DNA of 62,235 nt, filler included, from Chiloscyllium plagiosum (lineage: Eukaryota), in assembly GCF_004010195.1 (NCBI RefSeq). It is 4 parts of one record of this genome, joined end to end, with 100 filler letters (N's around TTAATTAATTAA, not from the genome) between each part and the next. Parts side by side here need not be neighbours in the genome. Positions count along the whole stretch, not along the records: positions 26,664 to 57,759 come from NC_057715.1; positions 57,860 to 62,235 come from NC_057715.1; 2 more parts are not named here. One strand, written 5' to 3'. The notes under the pieces are model-generated. The model did no database searches, was not told the origin of the DNA, and was given only the letters and a program-made list of their open reading frames with translations. The translations under genes were made by a program, and so were the position numbers. Position 1 is the stretch's first letter, and the number at the start of each line of letters is the position of its first letter. Shown in pieces: positions 49,023 to 60,494 of the stretch.

Positions 49023-50810
49023 GAACATAGAACACAGAACATTACAGCACAGTACAGGCCATTCAGCCCTCAATGTTGCGCCGACCTGTGGAACCAATCT
49101 GAAGCCCATCTAACCTACACTATTCCATTATCATTCATATGTTTATCCAATGACTATTTAAACACCCTTAAAGTTGGTGAGTCTACTACTGTTGCAGGCA
49201 GTGCAATCCACGCCCCTACTACTCTCTGAGTAAAGAAACTTCCTCTGACATCTGTCCTATATCTCTCACCCCTCAATTTAAAGCTATGTCCCCTTGTGCT
49301 AACCATCGCTATCTGAGGAAAATGGCTCTCACTCTCCACCCTATCTAACCCTCTGATTATCTTATATGTCTCAATTAAGTCACCTCTAAACCTTTTTCTC
49401 CCTAAAGAAAACAGCCTCAAGTTCCTAAGCCTTTCCTCATAAGACCTTCCCTCCATAGCAGGCAACATCCTAGTAAATCTCCTCTGAACTGTTTCTAATG
49501 CTTCCATATCCTTCCTATAGTGCGGTGACTAGAACTGTACGCAATACTCCAAGTATGGCCATACCAGAGTTTTGTACAGCTGCAGCATGACCTCATGGGT
49601 CTGAAACTCAATCCCTCTACCAATAAAACCTAACACACCATATGACTTCTTAACAATCCTATCAACCTGGGTGGCAACTTTCAGGGATCTATGCACATGG
49701 ACACCAAAATCTCTCTGCTCATCTACATGACCAAGAATCTTACCATTAGCCCAGAACTCTTCATTCCTGTTGTTCATTCCAAGGTGAATCACCTCACACT
49801 TTTCTGCATTAAACTCCATTTGCTACCTCTCAGTCCAATTCTGCAATTTATCTATGTCCCTCTGTAACCTGTAACATCCTTTGGCACAATTCACAACTCC
49901 ACCAACCTTAGTATCTTCTGCAAATTTACTAACCCATGCTTTTACACCCTCATCTAGATCATTTATTAGAATAACAAACATCAGTGGCCCCAAAACAGAT
50001 CCTTGCGGTACACCATAGTAACTGAACTCCAGGATGAACATTTCTCATCAACCACCACCCTCTGTCTTCTTTCAGCTCACCAATTTCTGATCCAAACAGG
50101 TAAATCACCCTCAATCCCATGCCTCTGTATTTTGTGCAATAGCCTACTGTGGGGAATCTTATAAAACGCCTCACTGAAATCCATATACACCACATCAACT
50201 GCTTTACCTTCATCCACCTGTTTGGTCACCATCTCAAAGATCTCAATAAGGTTTGTGAGGAATGACCTATCCTTCAACTTGTGAGGCATGACTATACCTA
50301 ATCAACTTATTCCTTTCTAGATGATTATAAATCCTATCTCTTATAACCTTTTCCAAGACTTTACCCACAACCGAAGTAAGGCTCACTGGTCTATAATTAC
50401 CAGGGTCGTCTATACTCCTCTTCTTGAACAAGGAAACAACATTTATTGTCGTCCAGTCTTCTGGTACTATTCCTGTAGACGATGATGACATAAAGATCAA
50501 AGCTCTGTAATCTCCTCCCTGGCTTCCCAGAGAATCCGAGGATAAATCCCATCCGGCCCAGGGGACTTTTTTCACACTTTCCAGAATTGCTGACACCTCC
50601 TCCTTGTGAACCTCAATCCTTTCTAGTCGAGGAGCCAGTATCTCAGTCTTGTCCTCGATAACATTGTCTTCTTCCAGTGTGAATACCAATGAAAAATAAT
50701 CATTTAGCGCTTTCCCGATCTCCTAGAACTCCACATATTACGTCCTTCTCCTAGATTGGCCCAATCTTACTCTAGTCATTCTTTTATTGCTGATACACCT
50801 ATAGCAAGCT
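49023..50810 (-). mobile_element. CR1 LINE, same subfamily as 35275-37675
   Basis: [42 protein letters not shown]. Confidence 0.95.
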
Positions 50811-51254
50811 TTCTTTTCAGATTCTGCTCACTGTTGGAGATCAGCTGCTCACTATGTTACAATAATGTTGATAAAGCTTGCATACCTTCCATTGAATTAT
50901 GATACCAAATTCTTCTTCATATGCTAGTCTAGGAGTTTTCTAATAGTTTATGTTATAGAATGAACCAAATTCGCAGCAAAAGAGGCACTTATTTCATTTC
51001 AGCAAATTATATACAAGATATATTATGGTAACATGAGGAGAAGACACAACTATCTCTAACTCCAGAACAACCAAACTTCCCTGAAACTCCCTAAGCCTGC
51101 CTGATACTCCCCAGTGGCTATAAGAATAGATAAAACTGTCAGTTTAGCTCCAAGGTTAGTCCTTTTGTATCTGTTACCTGATACAGCAGTTACAAGGTAA
51201 GAAGTGAGATCATTTCAATCGAGTTCCCACTTTCTGTTTCTCATTTATTAAGCA

Positions 51255-51690
51255 AATCTTCAATGTAGACCTGACCAGGCAAGGATGGCAGTTTCCTTCC
51301 CTCAAGGACATGAGTAAACTAGATGGGATTTTTCTCGTCCCCCCAGCAATCAACAATGGATTCATGGTCATCATTAGACTCTTAGTTCCAGATTTTTCAT
51401 AATTCAAATCCTGCCACGGCAGCTGGTGGAATTTTAGTTCAATTTTTTAAAACTTTGGAATTAGGGGTCTAATGATGACCATGAATCCATTGTTGATTGT
51501 TAGAAATAAAACATCTAGTTCACTAATATCCTTTAGAGAAGGGAACTTCCATCGTTACCTGGTCTGGCCTCCATGTGACTCCAGACCCACAGTAATGTGG
51601 TTGACTGTCAACTGCCCTCTGGGCAATTAGGGATGGGCAATAAATGCTGGCTTAGGCAGCGACATTCTCATCCTGGGAATGAATAAAAAG
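51255..51690. mobile_element. Inverted pair of family-B SINE pieces
   Basis: CAATCAACAATGGATTCATGGTCATCATTAGAC and its exact reverse complement about 85 bp downstream. Confidence 0.8.
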
Positions 51691-52689
51691 TATTGACAAA
51701 TTCTTATATTGCAAACAGCAGTCTACAAAATTGTACATACCTTAAATATCAACAGTCAGCTTGTTAACAAATCTGAAATAAATAACTGTTGTTAGAATTA
51801 ATAAATTCATAACAATATATTATCTGAATATATAATGGAATATTCCAGTTTTACTCGATAAATTCTTTGAAAATGCATGAAAAATAATGCAATCTGAACA
51901 TTAAGACGTTAACATTTATTGCAGGCAATGATTCATGACACTATTATACAATTTCTCCAAATAATTCAATGATTGCAATTGCTACCTTTGGATACAAAGG
52001 TCATGAGCTGGTTCAAATAGTACATGGAACTTGCTTTACAAGGGATAGCAAATTAAACTGGCGACAGTTATGAATCACATCAGAGATGAATAAATAAATG
52101 CTTTAGTAACTTGAGTAAAGAACATCCAATTCTGTTGTCAGCCACTGAATTCCTCACCTTGCTAGAAAGAAAAAACTTTACAAAATTGAATTCACACCAT
52201 GCAGAAAATTAGCGCTTGAAATTTAAAATGGTTATCCAATTTAATTTTTGGAACTGTTTTTCCGGAGAACATCTCTTTAAAAAGTAGATAATATTTCCTT
52301 ACTACTTATACAGACATTTTTTATCTAGGTTTGAATGAAACTATCTTGATCACTGGTCTGTGAAGGGCAATTAGCCATTCAGACTTACAATGCAATGATT
52401 CAGATCTTCTTTTCTTTAAATTTATTCTTTATTAAAAGTCTATAAATTTAATTTTGATCTAGCAGAACATTAAATTGGACATTGATATGTTAAAAAGGAA
52501 CAGAAATTGAAGATGATTCAGCCTATCACCCTCCTGGCATGGGCTGTCACCCATTTCTAGTGCAGTCCATGCATTCTAACACCTCAATAAGGGCACTCAC
52601 ATGGTACCAGCTGATGTGACATGTATGTCCCAAATTTGGATCGGGCTGGTTGATTCAATCAATTTGCATATCTGTCACCAATGAACAAA

Positions 52690-53032
52690 TGTGCAGCACA
52701 GTGATCCAGTGGTTAGCACTGCTGCCTCACAGCACCAGGGACCTGGGTTTGGTTTTAACCTCAGGCAACTGTCTGTGTGAAGTTTGCACACTCTCCCCCT
52801 GTCTGTGCGGGTTTCCTCTGGGTGCTCCAGTTTCCTCTCACAGTCACAAAGCTGTGCAAGTCATCTGGATTGGCTATGCTAAATTACCCATAGTGTTTTT
52901 AGGATGTGCAGGCTAGGTGGATTAGTCATGGGAAATATGGGGTTCTGGGGTTAGGGAGGGTGGGATGCTGTTTGGAGGGTTTGTTTGGACTCGATGGGCT
53001 GAATGGCCTGCTTCCACACTGTAGGGATTCTA
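52690..53032 (+). mobile_element. HE1-type SINE
   Basis: CAGTGGTTAGCACTGCTGCCTCACAGC head; GTAGGGATTCTAT tail. Confidence 0.85.
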
Positions 53033-53544
53033 TAAAGCCAACTAAGTGCAAGAGGATCCCACCAGAGGTACTTCAAGGACCAAGCATCCAACTCGCAGGT
53101 ACAGTGACTTTGAACAACTTTTGCTAGTGTCAGCACTGTGGACTGTTTGGAAGGTGCTATATTGAGTTCCCAGATTTGGTTGCATTATCAGAGAGAGGAA
53201 AGAGTATTAGGTGACATATCAACACAAGAGGCTGTAACTGGCATGCGGACTGCAGCACAGGGAGATGAAGAGATTGGGGACCAGTCAAGCTCTATATCTT
53301 TCACATACCTTCCAGCCAGATTCCTCCATTTACAGCTCATTAACATTGACAAGAGATTGTCTGACAATCTGTCAATGCACCAACACATCAGTGTGCATAC
53401 CGGAAAGCATTCTCCTGCATGCTGCCCTTGCAAAGGTCTTCATGAGTCCCCTGTAACAGAACTGGTTTCAGTGAGTTGGCATACAGGCTATCCTTGTCCT
53501 TTGACCTCTTTGCTGCTCACTCACTCATGCATACTCACCACATT

Positions 53545-53920
53545 CTGGATTAGTGGTGCTGGAAGAGCACAGCAGTTCGGGCAGCATCCAAAGAGCAGCG
53601 AAATCGACGTTTTGGGCAAAAGCCCTTCATCAGGAATAAAGGCAGTGAGCCTGAAGGGTGGAGAGATAAGCTAGAGGAGGGTGGAGGTGGGGAGAAAGTA
53701 GCATAGAGTACAATGGGTGAGTGGGGGAGGGGATGAAGGTGATAGGTCAGGGAGGAGAGGGTGGAGTGGATAGGTGGAAAAGGAGATAGGCAGGTAGGAC
53801 AAGTCCGGACAAGTCATGGGGACAGTGCTGAGCTGGAAGTTTAGAACTAGGGTGAGGTGGGGGAAGGGGAAATGAGGAAACTGTTGAAGTCCACATTGAT
53901 GCCCTGGGGTTAAAGTGTTC
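53545..53920 (-). mobile_element. Neptune-type PLE 3' end and pLTR
   Basis: Minus strand TLTPG/GINVDFNSF-like C-terminus, pyrimidine-rich tract, then CCTGATGAAGGGCTTTTGCCCAAAACGTC. Confidence 0.8.
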
Positions 53921-54065
53921 NNNNNNNNNNNNNNNNNNNNNNNNNNNNNNNNNNNNNNNNNNNNNNNNNNNNNNNNNNNNNNNNNNNNNNNNNNNNNNNN
54001 NNNNNNNNNNNNNNNNNNNNNNNNNNNNNNNNNNNNNNNNNNNNNNNNNNNNNNNNNNNNNNNNN

Positions 54066-54270
54066 GTTTCCTCTGGGTGCTCCGGTTTCCTCCCACAGTC
54101 CAATGATGTGCAGGTTAGGTGAATTGGCCATGCTAAATTGCCCGTAGTGTTAGGTGCATTAGTCAGGGGTAGATGTAGAGGAATAGGTCTGGGTGGGCTG
54201 CTCTTCGGAGGGTCGGTGTGGACTTGTTGGGCTGAAGGGCCTGTTTCCACACTGTATGGAATCTAATCTT
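54066..54270 (+). mobile_element. HE1-type SINE (5' part in gap)
   Basis: Body and AATCTAATCT tail. Confidence 0.85.
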
Positions 54271-54991
54271 CTCTCGTCACATGAGAATGCCATGCTGGTA
54301 GCTGTGAGACTCAGCTCAAGTCACATTGTCTCTTCCTCAGTAATTTCTCCCACTCCTGTCAATGTCTATCAATAAGGTAGCTAGGACTGGTGTTCCATTT
54401 TTAACAGGAACTATATTTAAAAATGACTTTATTGCTTATAAAGTGCTTTGTCACGCCATGAGATGATGAAAGATGATATATAAATGCAAGTCTTTCATTC
54501 TTTGCAAAACTAATTAACAAAAAGATGTGATCATGTACGGTCACTGCAGATTTTATTTAAAGAAATCTAAATATGTACCACTTTCAATCAGGAACAATGT
54601 TATGCAATTTAAAAATTCTCCCTCAAACGTAAATCCATGATCCCATGCCACCGCGGAAACACTGCACATGGGAAGCACTATTGGAGCAAGTGTAAAGATA
54701 TCAGAGCCATGAAGCTCCAACTGTGCTCCTACTCAATACTTTGTCACCAGTACAGGATTTCAGAATTTTCCCTGTATAATAAATCTCACTTTAATGAGAT
54801 TTTTATCTCCTTAATCTACGTTTTCAAAAAACATTCAGAGGATGTGGATGTCATTGGCTATACCAGCATTCATTGCCCAAGGGGCAGATAAGAGTCAAAC
54901 ATTTTGCTGCAGGTCTGGAGTCTATATATGCCAGGCTAAGTAAGGATAGCAGATTTTCTTCCTTAAAGGAAACCAGACAGGTTTTTAATGA

Positions 54992-55225
54992 GCTGAAAAT
55001 GTGTTGCTGGAAAAGCGCAGCAGGTCAGGCAGCATCCAAGGAGCAGGAGAATCGACGTTTCGGGCATGAGCTCTTCTTCAGGAATCTAATCTAATCTTCT
55101 GAAGAAGGGCTCATGCCCGAGATGTCGATTCTCCTGCTCCTTGGATGCTGCCTGACCTGCTGCGCTTTTCCAGCAACACATTTTCAGCTCAGATCTCCAG
55201 CATCTGCAGTCCTCACTTTCTCCGC
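54992..55225. mobile_element. Palindromic PLE hammerhead element nested in a family-B SINE (54830-55390)
   Basis: TSD AGGTTTTTAATGA (54979-54991, 55228-55240); (AATCT)3 at the centre. Confidence 0.9.
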
Positions 55226-55871
55226 GAAGGTTTTTAATGACAACAGTTACACTGTGTTGGCTTTTAATTCCAGATTTGATTGAATTCACATTTTAACCAC
55301 AGTGCGTTTCAAACCCATGTCTCCAGACGTTAGCCTAGAGGCTCTGGTTTAATAACTCAGTGACATCACTATCATGGCACCAGCTCCCCTGAATATAATT
55401 TGGAAAGTGGCCTTTTGCACAAGCAGTCTTAATGAAACCTGCAAGATTACAAAGGGGCGTGACAGCGTCGATGTTGAGATGATGTTTCCACTAATGGAGG
55501 AATCTCAAACTAGGGAACATCATTGCTAAATAACAAGACACTCACTTAAAGCTGAGATGCAAATGATGTTGTTTTTCTCTCTCAGAGGCTGGTGAATGTC
55601 CAGACTTCTTTATAGCCGACAGTTGGGGAGGCTAGATCGCTGAAAGTATTTGAAGAGGAAGCAGACAGATTTTTGAAATATTGGTAAGTTGAGGGTATAA
55701 CACAGAGGTGTGGAGACCTGGGGCAGATCAGTCAAGACCAGGTGGTGGGGCAGGCTTGAAGAGCTGAATGGCCTACTCCTGAAGCTATTTCTTAAGCTAA
55801 TGCAGGGAAAATCAGATATCATTCTTCGAATATATGTATTTAACTGGGTGTTTATGAGCTTTTTTGTTATG

Positions 55872-56445
55872 GAGTCATAGAGTTATACAACATGGAAATG
55901 GACCTTTCTGTCCAACTTGTCCATGCTGACCAGATATCCTAACCTAATGTAGTCCCATTTGCCAGCATCTGGCCCATATCCCTCTAAACCCTTCCTATTC
56001 ATATATGCATCCAGATGCCTTTTAAATGTTGTAACTGTACCACCACTTCCTCTGACAGCTCATTCCATACACGCACCACCCTCTGCGTGAAAAAGTTGCC
56101 TCTTAGGTTTCTTTTATATCTTTTCCCTCTCACCTTAAACCTACGCCCTCTAGTTCTGGACTCCCCCACCCCAGGGAAAAGACTTTGTCTATTTACCCTA
56201 TCCATGCCCCTAATGATTTTATAAACCTCTATAAGGTCACCCCTCAGCCTCCAACGCTCCAGGGAAAACAGCCCCAGCTCATTCAGCCTCTCCCTGTAGC
56301 TGAAACCCTCCAACCCTGGCAACACTCTTGTAAATCTTTCCTGAACCCTTTCAAATTTAACAACATCTTTCCTATAGCAGGGAGACCCAATTGAATGCAG
56401 CATTCCGAAAGTGGCCTGACCAATGTCCTATAAAGCTGCAACATG
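55872..56445 (-). mobile_element. CR1 LINE 3' fragment
   Basis: ERVQERFTRVLPGL..LGLFSLE..RLRGDL..FFTQRVV. Confidence 0.92.
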
Positions 56446-57253
56446 ACATTTTCATTTATGTCCTATTCCTTTCACCATCTGGTGAGTATATATTGGATTG
56501 TATGGGTTATAGTTTGGAGCAGCAGAATGTATATGATCAACTGGAAGGAGGGTGAATCAGAAACTGTATGCGGGAATAAGTCTCCCTCCCCACTGTGGGT
56601 AAGCACTGGGTCTCGGAGCAAGGTGCTATCAGTGTAGTATATTGCACAGCTGTGTCCCATAACCATCACCCAAATCATGTCCTGATTTGTCTGGAGATCA
56701 AAAATGGAGGATCCATAGAGACCAAGGACTCAAATCACTGGACAAAGGGAGTAAAACTTTTACCTATCATCCTGATGGGCACTTTTCTGTGCAGTGAGGG
56801 TTTGTGTGTTCTCTGTTGTTGTCAACGATCTTTTCTTTCTCCCTGGCTCAACATTTTCCCATCCTTTGCCCAATTGCTGTTTTTTTCTTTTACTCTCTCT
56901 CTCTCTCTGTCTCTGGGCTCCTTTACCTTCCCACTCACGATTCCCACCACCACCCCCAAAATACATACCACCTTCTCTACCTACACTCAGTTCTGAAGAA
57001 GCTAACTCTGTCTCTCTCTCTCTCCACAGATGCTGCCAGACTTGTTGAGTTACTCTGGCACTTCCAGATATTATTTCGGGTGTGATCCTGTTGCTGAGAA
57101 ATACTCTGGGAATTTTGGACCACGATGTAGTCTCTGTCCCTCACAGAGATGTTTAACGTGCAGGCATTAGTTCCCAGTGACCTCTGTCATTGTGTGTGAG
57201 TCTGTAAGGGAGGGTATTAGTTCCTAGTGAGCCCTGTCACTCAGAATCTGTAA

Positions 57254-57266
57254 GGGGGGGCGTGGC
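57254..57266 (+). promoter_or_regulatory. GC box (Sp/KLF-type GGGGCGTGGC) upstream of the candidate first exon
   Basis: GGGGGGGCGTGGC in a locally CpG-richer, non-repeat segment. Confidence 0.35.
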
Positions 57267-57370
57267 GGAGAGTGAAAGTCCCAGGTCGCCTGTCACGAAG
57301 CGGTAGTGGGCATGAGACGGACGGGCAGAGGCAGAGGGAGAGCAGCAGAGACCGTGAGGCCGGTTAGAGC

Positions 57371-57421
57371 ATGGAGCTGAGCAGCAGGAGGACGGGAACA
57401 GGCTGTTTCCTGCACATCCAG
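57371..57421 (+). CDS. Candidate first (possibly coding) exon of an unidentified host gene: MELSSRRTGTGCFLHIQ
   Basis: Strong Kozak context AGCATGG, 17 open codons, then CAG|GTGAGA donor; GC box upstream; product not recognised. Confidence 0.4.
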
Positions 57422-57579
57422 GTGAGAGTAACCCCCTGAGCCTCCTGCAGTTACGGGAGAGTCAGCGCTGCTGCGTTTACTGGGGAATTCAATAAAATTT
57501 TCAGTGTGTGTGTGTTCCAAGCTGGAGCAGGTTTGCAGTCTGATGCCTTTGTTGGGGAATTCAGTGAAAGTTTCTGTGA

Positions 57580-57759
57580 ATGTGTGAGTGTGCGTTTCTG
57601 TGTGTATGTGTGAGTGCGACTGAGTGTGTGTCTGAGTGAGTGTCTGTGAGTGAGTGTCTGTCTGTCTGAGTGTGTTTGTCTGTGAATGTCTGAGTGAGTG
57701 TCTGAGTGTGTGTGTAGGGGTTTGTGTGTCTGTGAGTGAGTGAGTGTGTGTTTGTATGT
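57580..57759. repeat. (GT/GAGT)-rich compound microsatellite
   Basis: Directly visible. Confidence 0.9.
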
Positions 57760-57859
57760 NNNNNNNNNNNNNNNNNNNNNNNNNNNNNNNNNNNNNNNNN
57801 NNNTTAATTAATTAANNNNNNNNNNNNNNNNNNNNNNNNNNNNNNNNNNNNNNNNNNNN

Positions 57860-58222
57860 AGATGAGGTGTTGGGGACCGGGGAAGCGGAAATCCTGGAGG
57901 AGGTGGAGGGCGTGGGTGGTGTCACGAACGTAGGTGGGGAGTTCTTGGACTAATGGGGACAGGACCGTGTCGAGGTATGCCGAGATGAGTTCGGTTGGGC
58001 AGGAGCAGGCTGAGACGATGGGTCGTCCGGGGCAGTCAGGTTTGTGGATTTTGGGCAGGAGGTAGAAACGGGCGGTGCGGGGTTGTGGGACTATGAGGTT
58101 GGAGGCGGTGGATGGGAGGTCCCCTGAGGTGATGAGGTTATGGATGGTCTGGGAGATGATGGTTTGGTGGTGGGGGGTGGGGTCATGGTCAAGGGGACGG
58201 TAGGAGGAGGTATCTGCGAGAT
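57860..58222 (-). mobile_element. Young Neptune-type PLE RT fragment
   Basis: Open frame LADTSSY...PRTARFYLLPKIHKPDCPGRPIVSACSCPTELISAYLDTVLSPLVQELPTYVRDTTHAL. Confidence 0.9.
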
Positions 58223-58920
58223 GGGGGGTTGGCCTTTGTGATTGTCCGGGCCGAGTTCACCACTCTCTGTCACCGTCTCCAATCTTGAATGGTACAGTTG
58301 CTATACCAGGCAGTGATGCATCCAGACAGAATGCTCTCAATGGTACACCTATAAAAGTTGGCGACGGTATTCGCCGTCATGCCAAATTTCTTCAGCTGCC
58401 TGAGGAAGAAGAGACATTGTTGGGCCTCTGTAACCAGCGCGTCAACATGAAGAATCCAAGAAAGCTTTTTGTGGATGACCACTCCCAGGACCTTGACACT
58501 CTCCACTCGTTCCACCTCTGTGCTATTAATGTGTAGGGGGGCATGAGTAACATCCCGCCGAAAGTCAATAATGAGTTCCCTAGTTTTGCCGGCATTGAGA
58601 GCTAGGTTGTTCTCAGTGCACCATTTTTCCAGGTTTTCCACCTCCTGTCTGTAGACTGTCGCCTTCTGAGATTCGACCAACTATGGTGGTGTCATCAGCA
58701 AACTTGTAAATGCCATTAGTCTGGTATTTGGCGACGCAGTCATAGGTGTACAGTGAGTACAGCAGGGGGCTGAGTACACATCCCGTGGGGGACCAGTGTT
58801 GAGTGTTAGTGAGGATAAAGTATTATCCCCAATCTTCACTGATTATGGCCTGTGGGTCAGGAAACTGAGGATCCTGTTGCAGAGAGTGGGTCTTAGTCTG
58901 AGATCACCAAAGTTTGGGAG

Positions 58921-59442
58921 GAGATTTGTAGCTCGGGTGCTCGTTGTTGTGGTTCTGTTCGCCGAGCTGGAAATTTTTGTTGCAAACGTTTCGTCCCCTG
59001 TCTAGGTGACATCCTCAGTGCTTGGGAGCCTCCTGTGAAGCGCTTCTGTGGTGTTTCCTCCGGCATTTATAGTGGCCTGTCCCTGCCGCTTCCGGTTGTC
59101 AGTTTCAGCTGTCCGCTGTAGTGGCCGGTATATTGGGTCCAGGTCGATGTGTTTGTTGACGGAATTTGTGGATGAGTGCCATGCTTCTAGGAATTCCCTG
59201 GCTGTTCTTTGTTTGGCTTGCCCTATAATGGTAGTGTTGTCCCAGTCGAATTCATGTTGCTTGTCGTCTGCGTGTGTGGCTACTAAGGACAGCTGGTCGT
59301 GGCGTTTCATGGCTAGTTGATGTTCATGGATGTGGATCGTTAGCTGTCTTCCTGTTTGTCCTATATAGTGTTTTGTGCAGCCCTTGCATGGGATTTTGTA
59401 CACTACATTAGTTTTGTTCATGCTGGGTATCGGGTCCTTCGT
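58921..59442 (-). mobile_element. Poseidon-type PLE 3' end (GIY-YIG endonuclease + pLTR) inserted in Rex1
   Basis: NVVYKIPCKGCTKHYIGQTGR...REFLEAWH; TSD TCTGAGATCACCAA(A)GTTT at 58897-58915 and 59443-59460. Confidence 0.92.
58981..59021 (-). ncRNA. Minimal type I hammerhead ribozyme motif (second family)
   Basis: GCA-CTGAGGA-T-GTCACC TAGACA GGGGAC-GAAAC-GTT-TGC; stem I GCA/TGC; palindromic AAACGTTT. Confidence 0.7.
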
Positions 59443-60494
59443 TCTGAGATCACCAAGTTTAGTAATCAGTCTCGAGGGGATAATAATGATGAAGGCTGAA
59501 ATGGTGTCAAGATGTTCTAGGGACGAGTGAAGGGCAAGTGATATGTCATCTGATGTGGATCTGTTGGTCCGATAGACAAATTGGAGTGGGTCAAGAGTAG
59601 TGGGGAGGCTGGAGTTGATTAATGCCATGACCAGTCTGTCAAAGAACTTCATGACCACCGAGTTAGGGCCACTGGGTGGTAGTCATTGAAACATGCTGCA
59701 TGAGCCTTCTTAGGCACAGGGATGATGTTGGCCCCCTTGAAGCAGGCAGGCACAGTGGCCTGCTGCATGGAGAGGTTGAAGATGTCTGAGAAGACCTCTG
59801 CCAGTTGATCTGTGCATGCTCTTAGTGCACGGCCTGGTACTCCATCTAATCCCATCGCTTTCCTTGGATTCACACGAAGGAAAACTGATCTGACCTCTGA
59901 TGCAGTGACTGTTGGGATAGGTTCGTCAGGACCTGTCGGAATAGATGTTACCTCTCCGCTGAAATTCTGCTCAAAGCGAGCATAGAAGGTGTTGAGACGA
60001 TCTGGGAGGGATGTGTCATCGTCTGTTATCTTGCACTATCTCTTTTTCGAACCTGTGATGTCATTCAGTCCTTGCCATAGTCGCCAGGGTCCCCAGTTTG
60101 GATCAGTATTGTTCCTTGGCTGTCTTAATGAAGGTCATACTTGGATTCCTTATATTTGAATGAGTCTCCTGATCTGAAGGCCTCACACCTGGTTTTTATC
60201 AGGTTCCGTATGTCCTCCTTTGTCCAGGGTTTCCTGTGGGGGAACACCTGGATTGACTCCCTCGCTATGCAGTCCTCCACACACTTGCTGATAAAGTCTG
60301 TGACGGTGGTGGCGTACTTGTCCAAGGTACCTGTGGAGTGGCTTTATGGGTATATATGGAAACGATGTTTTCTTTTGTGGGTTATTCCAGAATTCAGGGA
60401 CACTATTTTAAAATTAGGGGTTGCCTTTTTAGGGCAAAGCTGAGAATTTTATCTTTCTGCTAGTGTTTAAACATTGCTAAAGTGAGACAGGGTT

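Larger units (their letters stand above)
58268..60326 (-). pseudogene. Rex1/Babar LINE ORF2, decayed
   Basis: FPHRKPW, KAMGLDGVPGR, VPACFKGANIIPVPKK..YHPVALT, LDPLQF, KFADDT, ELIIDFRR, FYRCTIESIL. Confidence 0.92.

Noticed and set aside
52662..52669. Octamer ATTTGCAT (Ig/snRNA promoter motif)
   Set aside because: A single 8-mer is expected by chance in 62 kb; no V segment, RSS or snRNA nearby.
53138..53674. 178-aa ORF
   Set aside because: GTG start, runs into a PLE pLTR, no recognisable domain; at most a decayed transposon piece.
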